NCBI RefSeq assembly: GCF_006345805.1
Contig: NW_021834377.1
Location: 1 to 49,145 of the forward strand
DNA from: Octopus sinensis
Taxonomy: Eukaryota
Length of the DNA: 49,145 nucleotides
Direction: 5' to 3'
Shown piece after piece: positions 1-11,712 of the stretch (within the stretch, counting starts at the first letter, position 1; each line of letters starts with the position of its first letter). The notes under the pieces were generated by a model that was given only the letters and a program-made list of their open reading frames with translations, had not been told where the DNA came from and ran no database searches. The translations under genes were made by a program, and so were the position numbers.

Positions 1-3000
1 TTTACATGACCAATAGAATATTATAACATTACATAAACTTTCGATCTTTTAACCCCGGCAATTTATAAGGCCCCGCAGCTTTTGTTTCCTCTCCTCCCTC
101 CATAGTTAAGCTGGGTTTCTGACACCCACCTTTTTTTCCACTTACTTCCATCTTTTCTCATACACACCCCGTGGTAAGATCCTCTTTTCCAGCCCCATTT
201 TGCTCTTCAGATGATATCTGAAGTAAGTGAGCAAGCCGGGGCCCGAGACAAAGGATCCTATCGCGACTCCTTCCATTCTTGTACGCCACATGCATTCTTT
301 TACTACTGCAACCGTGCAGTGAAAACATGCCTCACCTTCCTTCGAGAGTCCAGTTGGCGGTATCATCTTAATCATAGACTCAGCCGACAGCTGTACGCGT
401 CCCAGATGCGATAACACATGTTCTGCGTAACTTATCAAGTCGGACAACTTCCGACAGTGTACAAAAGCGTGCTGGACGGTTTCATCGTCCAACTCGCACC
501 TTGGACACGTCGGTGGCACTGAAATTCCGTGCCGCGATAACTTCTCGCGAACAGGTAAAGCATTCCTATAGCACTGCCAGGCCAGGGATCTTTGGAAATT
601 ATCCAAATACCCCGTCCTGAAAGTCTTTTTAAACAGGTTGGTAAGCTGGTCTTCGTCAAACCCCAGAGCCCCTCCTAGGACGTCGTCGTTCTTTGCCTCT
701 ACCAGCCTTCTATAAAATACCGAGGTGGTATTTCCGCAGCCGGCCTTGCCCGCCTTGTGGATCAGCGTGAGTGCCTGTCGGCACTCCTTTTGCCATAAAA
801 TCAGTTTCCATCTTTTGATGCGACCGGGTTTAAAATTCACAAAGGAGGCCGGTCTCGGGAAAAATTCCCCTGCCAGCGGACTCCACACCTTATCACCCTC
901 CAGGTGGTGCCAGAGATGCTTCAGCTTCAACGCATGTCTGCGCATCATCAACCAAGGCATTCCTAACCCACCCTTTAACGGTTCCTGGCAGCAAACGGAG
1001 CGCCTCACAAGTGGCTTTCCTCCCTTCCACAAAAAGCGGAAAAGGATTCGCTCCAACTTGCTAAGCCATGAATCGGGGCAAGGGACAACGGTCAGGCGGT
1101 AAGTGATTACAGATGCAATGAACATCTGTACCACCTCCGCCCTTCCTTTCAAGGACAGAAACCTTCCGGACCAGGTCCGTACTATGGCCTCCACCTTGCT
1201 CGTCACCTCACTCCAGTTCCTCTCCGTTTGGGAGTCTGGCCCAAACCAAACTCCTAGCAACTTAACAGGGCCATCCGTCCAGTGTCCCACGACACTGGAC
1301 GATATCGACTTGCTCCTCCAGGTGCCGAGGCGCAAGCCAACCGACTTGTCCTTGTTAACCTTTGCTCCTGCCACCGCCTCGTATCCTCTGATAGCCTCTT
1401 CCACACAAGGTAGCTGGGCCTCATTGGACACGATGAGGGTGACGTCATCCGCATAAGCAGTAACCGTTCTCCCACCTCCGATGTCATCCGAGTTACGTCC
1501 CAGCCTCTCCAACTTTCGCAGCAATGGCTCAAGAGCCAACACGTACAAAAGTGGTGACAAGGGGCACCCTTGACGAACTGAACATTCGATCGAAAACGGT
1601 TCCGTTAGGTAACCGTTTATCTGGACGGTGGACTTGATGCCGCTATACATAGCGGAGATCCACCCGCGAAATCCAGGGCCCAGTCCAGCCGCTTCGAGGA
1701 CCGTCGCCAGGTACTCATGGTCTACCCTATCGAACGCTTTACTTCGGTCTAAATGGACCATTACCCCGGCCTTGCCGGTTAATTTACCCACCCTATCTAA
1801 GGTGTAGCGTATAAGGTGAAGATTGTCCTGGATCGACCTGCCTGGAATTGCACATGTCTGTGCTCTCCCTATAAGTTTCTCCACGACAACCGTCAACCTT
1901 TTTGCCAACACCTTGGCCAAAATCTTTAACTCTACATTAAGTAGAGTTATGGGCCTGTAGTTACTAATGTTATCCCCCTTGCTCGGGTCTTTCTGGATTA
2001 GCGTCACCACTCCCCGGCTTACAGAACTGGGAATTCTCCCATTCTGCTGCCAGTTCGTGTAGACGCCTGCCAATATTCCCCCGAACAAGTCCGGCATACT
2101 TTGGTAAAACTCGTAGGGCAGACCATCCAACCCCGGCGACTTCTCCCCGGCGCATCCGGCCAGTATCCCCTCTATCTCCGCGGGAGTGATCGCTTCTTCA
2201 CAGCACTCCACCTCACGCCCCGAGAGCCGCGGTCCGCCGGCCAGGAAGTCCTTTAAGGTCCTCCCCCGCTCCGGCGCCACACCACCCCCGAACACGCGGG
2301 CGAAATGCTGGTGAAGAAACTTTTGCATCTCCTCCTGTCCATAGATCTTTTGTCCCTGTTCGTCAGTTAAAGACTTGATTGAGGCTTTGTTACCTCTCTG
2401 ACTCTCCACTCGACGGGCCCATCCGGCAACGTTAATACCTTCTCGTTTCCAGCGCGTAGCTTAGCTCTGACTCTGCAACCTTCGTGTTTGGAGTTAAGGT
2501 GACGGTACAATACCGTCCTTGCCGCCATCACTCCGGATGCAGAGCCAGCTTCCATTGCCTCGTTTAAATTCTTAACTAAATCGTCCTCTATCCTATTCCT
2601 ATCTAACCTTAGCTGATTGCTAAATCTAATGGACTCTGAACGAATGGCTCTTTTGAGGGAGTGCCACACCATCTATTGTTAATGATGGTGCCACACAATG
2701 CCCTCTGTACTAACACCTTAATCCGGGTACGGAAGTCTTCACAATTCAAAATAGCCTTGTTCAGCTTCCAGTACCCGGGTCCCTGTCTATGACACTTGTC
2801 TAATTGCATCCTACACGTCACAAATTTGTGATCCGTGTAAGGCACAATGTGAAACTGTGGACAACTAAACGTATCCTTATCTCTTTTCTTAATAAATATC
2901 CTATCTAAATACGATCTGTGTGAGCCGTCGTTGTTACTCCACGTCCACTGTGGAACGCTCGGCTCATCCAGTCGGTAACGGTCCACTAGATCAAAGCTCT

Positions 3001-3804
3001 CTAGTAGACCCTTGAGGCTAGGGTTCCCCTTCCTATTGGTTGAGCCAACACTGTCGACCCGCGCTTCAAGGACAGTGTTAAAGTCCCCTACTAGGATTAC
3101 CGTTTTCGACGTCGCTAAAAAGGGCTCCAGGTTCCGAAAAAAACCCGTCTGCCTCCACTCATTCGGAGCGTAGACAGCTACCAACCTGAAGGACTGTTTA
3201 CTTACGTGGGTCACATCCAGAACAACCAGCCTGCCTTCTGGGTCCAGAAAAACAGTACTTACCTGCAAGTCCAAGCTCTTCCTGATAAGGACTGCCACGC
3301 CTCTGCCTCTTCCTCGGCTAGGAGAAATAAATTTCTCGAACCCATTTAGAAGAGGCGAGAACGCTTGGGCCTCGTTCATCTTGGACTCGGTTGCAATAGC
3401 TATGTCCACTCCATGTGTCGTGAGGTCGTTCAGGAAACAAATTTGTTTCCATTTCGACCCCATTCCACGTACATTCACACAACCCAGCTTAGCCATTGTC
3501 GGTGAGAGAAAAAATAAATGAACTTACGGTTGAGAAAGGGAGCATGACAGTTTAAATCTGCCCGCTTCCCCTTCTTCCTCCCTTGTGGTCGTAGCTGCAG
3601 GGCTCTTAACCGGCGTTGCCACCGGGCTCTGGGTAGGTGTGGTTGCCGGGGTTATAACAAGTTTACCCTCCAGTACTTCCTTTGTTACGTCTCTTATCAG
3701 TCTATTCTTTAGATGTTCTTGTAGTATTTCCTCCTTCCACTCGTCTTCCTTTATTTTTGCGAAGCGAGTGGTTGCTTTTATGTCTGTAGCCTTGCTAAAT
3801 AGTT
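1..3804 (-). mobile_element. Tx1/L1-clade LINE, copy A, 3' part (ORF1 C-terminus, ORF2, part of 3' UTR; 3' end lies left of the window)
   Basis: APE endonuclease, RT and C-terminal CPRC..H..C motifs; near-identical (inverted) to 22661-26124. Confidence 0.93.
142..3496 (-). pseudogene. LINE A ORF2 (APE endonuclease + reverse transcriptase + zf-RVT), split by two frameshifts
   Basis: ORFs 2609-3496 (CVNVRG, ATESK, GDFN, YLDRIF, TDH), 2367-2672 and 142-2409 (KSPGLDG, YRPITLLN, KAFDRVDH, QGCPLSP, AYADD). Versus copy B: 2-bp insertion near 2662 and 1-bp deletion near 2449. Confidence 0.9.
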
Positions 3805-4222
3805 TGTAGTGATGCTACTGTGTAGTGTTCGGCGCGCATGCGCAGAATGGGACTACTTCCGGGTGGCCACCGGAAGTCTTCCCCATGCGCATGTGCGGGA
3901 AAACATCTCTCGAGCCCGCGAACCTCAAATCGCTCTCTTCGGCTCAAGACAGCACTGCGATCGGTCACGGTTTTCCTGGCTCTGACAGCCACACACCAGC
4001 TTCAACCAACTTCAACCAACCTCAACGACCAACACCAGCAGTATCTCAGAGGCTGTCTATTCCCCCATCAGACAACGTACAACCATGAATCAATAAACCA
4101 AGTTGTCTGTTCACCTTTAACCTGAGTTTCGTCTGTTTGTTTTCTACAAGAATTTTTGTATGTGACTAGAAAGGATCTCGACACCCTGCCAGTGCTTCGA
4201 TGATAGATCCTTTCACGTCACA
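3805..4222 (+). repeat. 5' LTR (418 bp)
   Basis: Starts TGTAGTG, ends CACGTCACA; I count 2 substitutions versus 8734-9151. Confidence 0.96.
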
Positions 4223-4224
4223 AT

Positions 4225-4242
4225 TGGTGACCCCGACGTGAT
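4225..4242 (+). promoter_or_regulatory. Primer-binding site, tRNA-Trp
   Basis: TGGTGACCCCGACGTGAT, 2 nt after the LTR, is complementary to the 3' end of eukaryotic tRNA-Trp (ATCACGTCGGGGTCACCA). Confidence 0.92.
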
Positions 4243-4597
4243 GAAAAAGAACAGGATAGAAAAAGACACAGCGAACAGGTTTTTTTGGGGCCGAAGAGCG
4301 CGGAAATTCACATTTATTTTCCTATTTTCTCCTTTTCAGCACGGCGAGGTGGGTCAAATAACCTTATTCATCGCACATAGTACAAAAAAAAAAAAAAAAA
4401 AGAAAACACACACACATTCATTTTTTTCCTTTTCTGTATTTTGTTTTCCTTGTACACACTTATTCCTTTTTTTTTTGCTACCCACGAGGTGCACACACAA
4501 ACACAATTTTGAATTGCCTTCTCGGTTCCACGTGTTCTCTCTCCGTTTCTCGACCATACCTTCTGCCCCCTTCTCACAGACTCCTTCCGACAAAGGC

Positions 4598-5336
4598 ATG
4601 GCTTCAGGTTTGCCTTCATTTACGGGGGATGCGGGCCTGTGGTTTGCACAGGTGGAATCACACTTTGCCGCGCATACCATTCCGCCACAACAGCAGTTAC
4701 ATCTACTGTTTTCAAGTTTGCCCTCCCGGCTCGCAACATCGGTCAGGGATCTCATTGTGAGTCCCCATCCTGACGCCACATATGCGTCAGTAAAGGCGGA
4801 GATCCTCCGTCGCAACACGCGCTCAGAAGAAAGTCAGTTTAATGAACTGATGGCCGACGAGCAGTTAGGGGACAGAACTCCATCCCAATTTCTGCGCCAT
4901 CTAAGAGAGCTAAGCGGCAACGCCGCTGACGCGCCGCTCTTACGTAAGATATTTTTCTCAAGGCTGCCTGCCCACGTGCAGACAATGTTGGCCACGGCAC
5001 TGGATGCTGTGTCTGTGGACCAGATCGCCACGATGGCCGACAAAGTGTTGGAGTTTTCGCGCCCATCTCCCTCGCGGGGCCTGTACGCATGCACAGAGCC
5101 CCCCCCCGACACCTCCGACGAACGATAAACTGGCCGAGAACATCGACGCGCTTACGCGGAGGATCGATGATCTGTGCCGTGCGATCGGACGCCAATCTCG
5201 TAGTCGCAGTAGCTCTATTTCCCGCAGTCGGAGTGACTCTGTTTCTCGTTCCGGCTGGTGCTGGTACCATTCGAGATATGCCGAAAAGGCAGATCGGTGT
5301 ACCCAGCCGTGCACTTTCAAGCCCTCGGAAAACTAA
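4598..5336 (+). CDS. gag: Gypsy gag (one +1 frameshift in a C9 run at 5099-5107)
   Basis: MASGLPSF..WFAQVESHF..YASVKAEIL..QLGDRTPSQFLRHL; C-terminal CWYH...ADRCTQPC motif in ORF 5004-5336. Confidence 0.85.
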
Positions 5337-8300
5337 ATCCGGAGGAGGTGAGCACGTCACCTTCGTCCATCTCGTTTCCCAAACATCGTGCATTCTATGT
5401 AAAAGATCTGGTGTCGAAGACATTCTTCATGGTAGACACCGGCTCCTGTTGCAGCATCTGGCCCCTTCGTCTGGCTGCAGACAAGCCCAAGCGCTCTTCG
5501 ATTGTCTTGCATGCTATTGACTCGTCTCCCATAGCCACTTACGGTCAGATTTCGCTGCGCCTCGACCTCGACCTTCGTCGAGACTTTCGATGGGTTTTCG
5601 TCATCGCTGACATCCCGCATCCTATTCTCGGCGCTGATTTCCTGGATAGGTTTAACCTATTGGTGGATGTCAGGCGTCGGAGGCTTCTTGATAGCACGAC
5701 GTCGCTCTCTACACCGACTGGGAGTTCCACCACTGCGGTCCTTAGCCCGACATTCTTTGTTGCCACCTCTGGAGACCCTTTTCACTCTCTTTTAGTTTCA
5801 TTTCCGGAGCTAGTGGACATTGCCTTTAAACCGGAAAATCCTACCCACTCGACCCTCCATTTCATCACCACCAATGGGCCACCTGTATTCTCACGCCCCC
5901 GGCGCCTAGCGCCAGACCGACTTAAAACGGCCAGAGCCGAGTTTGAGCACATGCTTCAACTTGGCCTTATACGCCCCTCCACCAGCCCATGGGCATCTCC
6001 CCTTCATTTGGCGCGAAAGGGCGAGTCTGATTTTCGCCCGGTTGGAGACTATCGACGCCTCAATGCCGTCACAATAGCCGATCGCTATCCGATTAGAAAT
6101 CTCCGGGACTTTACAGCAAATCTCCATGGTTGTACCATTTTTTTCGAAGGTCAATCTGATACGCGCTTACCACCAAATACCGGTCAACCCAGCCGACGTT
6201 CCAAAAACTGCAATCACTACCCCGTTTGGGTGTTTTGAGTTTTTGTACATGAGTTTCGGTTTGCGGAATGCTACTAGCACCTTCCAGCGTTTCATTGATG
6301 AGGTTGTCCGCGGTCTTGATTTTGTGTTTGCCTATGTCGATGACATACTCATTGCGAGCGACACACGAGAAAATCATCTCCGGCACCTTTCTCAACTCTT
6401 CCAGCGTCTTCGCGCGTATAGCATACGCATAAACCCCGACAAGTGTGTTTTCGGACGCTCTTCCCTAGATTTTCTAGGGCATCATATTGATTCGACTGGA
6501 ATCAGCCCCCTCTCGTCAAAAGTCGATGCCATTCAACGCATCGCACCCCCCACTTCCTTGCGCCAGCTCAGGCATTATCTAGGGATGGTCAATTTCTACC
6601 GACGCTTCATTCCCGGTTGTGCAGATAAGCTGCTACCTCTCACCAGGCTGTTAAAGGACTCTCCTAGAAAGGACAGTCAAGTCACCCTCTCTGTTGAGGC
6701 AGTGACAGCCTTTGAGTCCATTAAGAAGGAGCTGGCTTCTGTTTCTTTGCTTGCACATCCAGTTCCTGGTGCTTCTCTCTCTTTGACTGTGGACGCATCG
6801 GACACTGCGATTGGCGCTGTGTTACAACACACAGTGGATGACCATGTTCGACCTCTAGCCTTCTTTTCCCGTCAACTGCAACCAGCTGAACGACGATACA
6901 GCACCTTTGATCGTGAGCTCCTAGCGATCTATCTATCGGTTCGTCATTTCCAGCATCAACTTGAAGGGCGAGATTTTGTGATCTATACGGATCACAAGCC
7001 CCTTACGTTTGCCCTGTTTTCAAAAACGGACAAACTCTCACCCCGTGCTTTTCGGCACCTGGATTTTATCTCTCAATTTACTAGCAACATTCGACACATA
7101 CCTGGAAAAGAGAACGTTCCTGCTGACGCTCTCTCTCGCCTTCCAGTTTGCGCCCTTTCGTCTCCTGCTGCTATCGACTTAGCTGCCATATCGCAGGAGC
7201 AGCCACCTTTGGCGTCGTTAGATTTAACTTCTCCCAAGTTCTCCTGTTGCCAGTTTTCCTACCTTCCGCTTCCGTCAGCCGAAGGCACCATTCTTTGTGA
7301 CACTTCAACTGGATCTCCCAGGCCACTGGTGCCTGAGACCCATCAACGCTCAGTGTTTGAAGCACTGCACTCCTTATCACATCCTGGCATCGCTGCCACC
7401 CTCAAACTAATCACTGCTCGGTTTTTCTGGCCGAATATGCGTCGCACAATTACTTCTTGGACACGCACCTGCTCCAAGTGTCAACGATCCAAGATTCAAC
7501 GGCACGTTCGTGCCCCGCTTGGACAATTTCCCCCCACGGAGGCCCGTTTTCGCCATGTCCACATCGATTGGTTGGACCATGGCCTGTGAGTCGCGGGTTC
7601 TCTTATCTATTAACTTGTGTCGATCGTTTCTCCCGCTGGCCAGAAGCCATTCCGATAGCAGACATTTCTGCTGAGACTGTTGCGCGAGCTTTCGTTTCGA
7701 ACTGGATTTCTCGCTTCGGAGTCCCGTCCCGATTGACAACTGATCGTGGACGACAGTTTGAGGCCTCGCTATTTCGCGAATTGTCGCGAATTTTGGGTAT
7801 GCACCATATCCACACCACAAGCTACCATCCAGCGTCTAATGGATTGGTTGAGCGGTTCCATAGACAGCTCAAGGCCGCTCTTCGTGCCTCTTCGGACCCA
7901 CAGTCCTGGATCGAATTTCTGCCCATTGTGCTTCTCGGCTGTCGGACTGCTGTCAAGGCAGACCTGGGGTTTTCTGCTGCAGAGCTGCTGTATGGTACCA
8001 CACTGGCATTGCCCGGTACGATGTTGGTGCCAGACACTTCCCCGCCCCATGATCCGGCGACCTATGTCACCAGACTGCGGGAATATTTTTCAAACCTTCC
8101 GCCCATGCTTCCCAGAAAGCAATCTCCACCGTCCCATCTTCCACCGGATATGAACACCTGGTCGCATGTTTTTGTTCGGGACGATTCTGTGAAGGGCCCA
8201 CTTGTTTCTCCCTATAAAGGACCTTTTCGTGTGCTGTCTCGCACACCAAAGGTTTTCACGATTGAGATAAATGGTCGTTCGGAGACCGTTTCCGTGGACC

Positions 8301-8374
8301 GTTTAAAAAAGGCACATTTTGAGACGTCTTCATCTTTTGATGACAACCTTGACACACCCACCTATGCACCTTAA
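5258..8374 (+). CDS. pol: Gypsy pol (protease, RT, RNase H, integrase), interrupted by single-base indels at about 6140 and 7569
   Basis: VDTGS protease; PWASPLH, DYRRLN, YVDD RT; DASD/TDHKPL RNase H; H..H..C..C zinc finger, [16 protein letters not shown] and NGLVER integrase motifs. Confidence 0.93.
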
Positions 8375-8380
8375 CAACAC

Positions 8381-8434
8381 TTTCACCTGCACAAACGCCT
8401 TCACCTGCACAAACACCTTCACCTGCACAGACGC
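8381..8434 (+). repeat. 18-bp tandem repeat x3 (SPAQTP-coding) in the pol C-terminal tail
   Basis: TTTCACCTGCACAAACGC / CTTCACCTGCACAAACAC / CTTCACCTGCACAGACGC. Confidence 0.85.
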
Positions 8435-8721
8435 CTTTGCCTTCACCGGCTCCTACAACACCACCCTCGCCGTCAACGGGTGCCCCGAGCACACCGTATG
8501 TTACAAAATCGGGCAGAACAGTGCATTAGTAGAAATATTCGATAAACTTATTCCTTATGGTATTTCAAAAACAATTTACAAAAACTTTCAAAAACAATTT
8601 ACATTTAACTTTAAAATGTTTCTTATTGTATAATAGTATGTACCAAGTCTTCTGGGGGATCGGCAAGCCTTCTGTTTTCTGCAGCACCACCACAATATTC
8701 TGGTTGCCGTACTTCGCACTC

Positions 8722-8730
8722 GGAGGGGAG
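8722..8730 (+). promoter_or_regulatory. Polypurine tract
   Basis: GGAGGGGAG 3 nt before the 3' LTR. Confidence 0.8.
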
Positions 8731-8733
8731 CCC

Positions 8734-9151
8734 TGTAGTGATGCTACTGTGTAGGGTTCGGCGCGCATGCGCAGAATGGGACTACTTCCGGATGGCCACC
8801 GGAAGTCTTCCCCATGCGCATGTGCGGGAAAACATCTCTCGAGCCCGCGAACCTCAAATCGCTCTCTTCGGCTCAAGACAGCACTGCGATCGGTCACGGT
8901 TTTCCTGGCTCTGACAGCCACACACCAGCTTCAACCAACTTCAACCAACCTCAACGACCAACACCAGCAGTATCTCAGAGGCTGTCTATTCCCCCATCAG
9001 ACAACGTACAACCATGAATCAATAAACCAAGTTGTCTGTTCACCTTTAACCTGAGTTTCGTCTGTTTGTTTTCTACAAGAATTTTTGTATGTGACTAGAA
9101 AGGATCTCGACACCCTGCCAGTGCTTCGATGATAGATCCTTTCACGTCACA
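8734..9151 (+). repeat. 3' LTR (418 bp)
   Basis: Direct repeat of 3805-4222, followed by AGTT. Confidence 0.96.
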
Positions 9152-10493
9152 AGTTTAAATTTGGAAAATTTAAAGTATTTATATACGCTCCCGTTTTTTT
9201 CATCAAATGCTATGATCTTATTTTTTTTTAAAGACTTTTTCACATCTTGTTTTATGGGGAGGGACTTGGCGAACTGTTTTCCAATGAATACAGTGCCGTG
9301 GGGGTAGGGCTGGGGAATTTGCTTTGTGTGTATGTCTGCGGTGCTTGCTGATTTTTTCCTTGTTTGGGGAGGGGAGTCCAGGGTGTTGTCTTTTTTTCTT
9401 TTGTGTGTCACCTGTGTGTAATCCATTTGTTCGATACAATCCTCCGTTTCTGTTTCTTTGCTTGTCGTCGTCTTGTTTTCTTTTTCCGCCTTCTTCCCTT
9501 CAGTGTTTGAAGCACTTTGAGGAGGGGCTTCGTTGGTTTTCTTTTTTTTTAAGCAGTTCGAGCGGACGTGACCCTTCTCGCCACATTTAAAGCACCTAGG
9601 TCTGCGTCCCTCCACTGACACTCTCATGGACGTTCTATCCTCGTTAAATATCCTATCGGGCAGGTTCTCCAATATCTTGTTTTCTGCCTGAACGAGGAAT
9701 TCCAGCGTCTGTCCCTTCCAGCGTACCTCCTCTTTCCTTCTCATCTGCAGAATCGAAACTTCCCGCTCTACATTGTGCAGGACCGCCGCTGCTACCCACA
9801 TTATGTCATACCCTCTCGGTATGTCCTCCACCAGCAGTTTAGCTGTTCTTTTTCCCATATACGAGGGTAGCAACATGATATCATCATTTTTCAGGGTCAT
9901 TGATGACACCTCTCTTGCTACCTCAGCCGAGTCAAAATGTGCTTCAACAGTAGCGCTGCGAGCACCTCGAACGACATGGCGAATTTTGTCCCACACCGGG
10001 ACAAGCACTTTTCGACTATCTCGTTTCTAACGTCCATAATTTTTTTTTCTTTGTAGCTATACACTTTGTATATAACTGTCTTTTCCTTTATTTCTTGTAC
10101 CTTCGCTTGCGGCGGTACAAGTTTGATTTCGTTTCCTTCCATTTTTACAAAGTTCCGAAATTCGAATAGTTGTTCGATCTTGAATTCAACGTCCATCATT
10201 GTTCCGCCTACCGCGGCCGAAAAAGACTGTTTTGTTACTTCAGTGTCCTTTAATTCACTTGTTCCCATCGCGGGAAAATCATTCTTCGACGCCAAGTCGA
10301 AATCCATTTCTCAAAAATGTTTCAAAAATTACCTCGAAGGTAATAACAATTTTAAACAGAGAATTTTCTGCCCCGTAGGGCTAAAATTACCGTTACACAA
10401 CGGGCACTGTTCAATTAACACAAACAACGATGAGCAAAAAATCGAACTCTCTCAACAAAAGGCAGCAAATTTCTCAAAACGCAGATGAAAGTT
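9152..10493 (-). mobile_element. LINE copy A, 5' part (5' UTR and ORF1 with CCHC knuckle)
   Basis: ORFs 9918-10307 and 9142-10008 (1-bp shift in a C run); CFKCGEKGHVRSNC; ORF1 resumes at 3804 and stops at 3524-3526; matches 21315-22664 inverted. Confidence 0.92.
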
Positions 10494-10551
10494 AACAAGG
10501 GGAACTAACCCTTGTCTTGAAATGTTAACGGCTTTACTGATATATATTTGA

Positions 10552-11712
10552 GTAGCAGTATAACCCGGCGTTGCTCGGTATTAAAACCGGATCATTAAGT
10601 GATGAAGTGATTTATTTCAAACCAAAATAAGTGACAAGGACTTCGCATTCGTGCGAAATCTGCTGAAATTAGGATCGCAGGCAATTTGATTGGGAAATAC
10701 CATAAGGAATAAGTTTATCGAATATTTCTACTAATGGTTTTTTATTTAATTTTTTGTTGAGAACATAAAGCATTCAAAGATCCCATGAGTCCTAAGTAGT
10801 GCTGGCATCGAGTTTCAGCAAAATATGTCAAAATTGTTAAAAGTTATGGTTGAAAATGGGGTGTAGCCAATTTTAGCAGAAACCCTATAAGGAAATAGTT
10901 TATCAATTATTTATCCTCATTGAATGGAAAACCCCAAATCGATGGTGTTTGGCCTTGGGATTTGTTGATGGACATGGTGAAGCATGGTCTCACCGGACAT
11001 TGCAATCTGCAGAACTTCACCGGCATGTCTGACCGTGGGGGATAAAGCTGCATCCTTGAAATGAAAACATTTTCACCCCTCCTGCACCCTGTTACAATGG
11101 TGGCCTCAGTCAAGTGGGGCGTCAGGGACTTGATTACTAAGTGGGTCCTGTTGCACTGTTTAGGCAGAAGTAAGTTTCTGATTAGCCTAATTGGGCATCC
11201 AACCCTTAGCCTAACGATGTGAGATGGAAGCCTAGCTGGCTCCAATGAGTTGAGAAACTTGTTAGGGTAAATGACAATGCCTTGGGTGTCAGACGTCCGG
11301 TCAATTGATTTGTAGATGTACTCCTCACCTGGAATTCGTCATATGAGCTGGTCATTGATAGCACTGACACCTACGTTTTGTGGGGCCAGGATGGTTCTTT
11401 CACTGAGCCAATTGATGTCTGCATAATTACTTTCCAGATTGGGGAACACTGTTTCCAAAAGACCGGAAGAGTTGTTCATGGAGTTGCACAGTTCATAGAC
11501 TGATATGTTGCCCCTATCACTCCTAGGGACCTTGCCTTCTCCAAGGGCTAAAATTTCTTCAGCAAATGCTGCTGACATTCTATCACCAAGCAAGTGTGCA
11601 TGCATGTTTGTGCTTAGGCTTAAGGTCTTAACCTGGGGCCACAACATGGATGACTTAAGGCATGCGTGCACGTCATCAGCCCTGCTCCCTTTAGGAAAGA
11701 CAGGAAGGATTT
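10552..11712 (-). mobile_element. Helitron remnant: PIF1-type helicase fragment plus 3' terminus
   Basis: QILPVFPKGSR, ILAPQN, LRVGCPIRLIRNL, TMSINKSQGQT motifs; on the minus strand a 3' hairpin CCGAGCAACGCCGG is followed by CTAC-T (CTAG-like). Confidence 0.85.

Larger units (their letters stand above)
3805..9151 (+). mobile_element. Ty3/Gypsy LTR retrotransposon, full length, nested in LINE A ORF1
   Basis: TG...CA LTRs, 4-bp TSD AGTT (3801-3804 and 9152-9155), PBS, PPT, domain order gag-PR-RT-RH-IN. Confidence 0.97.

Noticed and set aside
211-1532. Short ORFs conserved in LINE copies A, B and C on other frames or strands
   Set aside because: Conservation is explained by the recent common origin of the copies; no independent motifs.
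4238-4597. 120-aa N-terminal extension of gag
   Set aside because: GTG start running through poly-A and low-complexity leader; gag homology begins at ATG 4598.
10504-10511. Telomere-like CTAACCCT at the LINE A junction and TTAGGG at 47303
   Set aside because: Single 6-8 bp matches, not conserved across junctions; compatible with chance.
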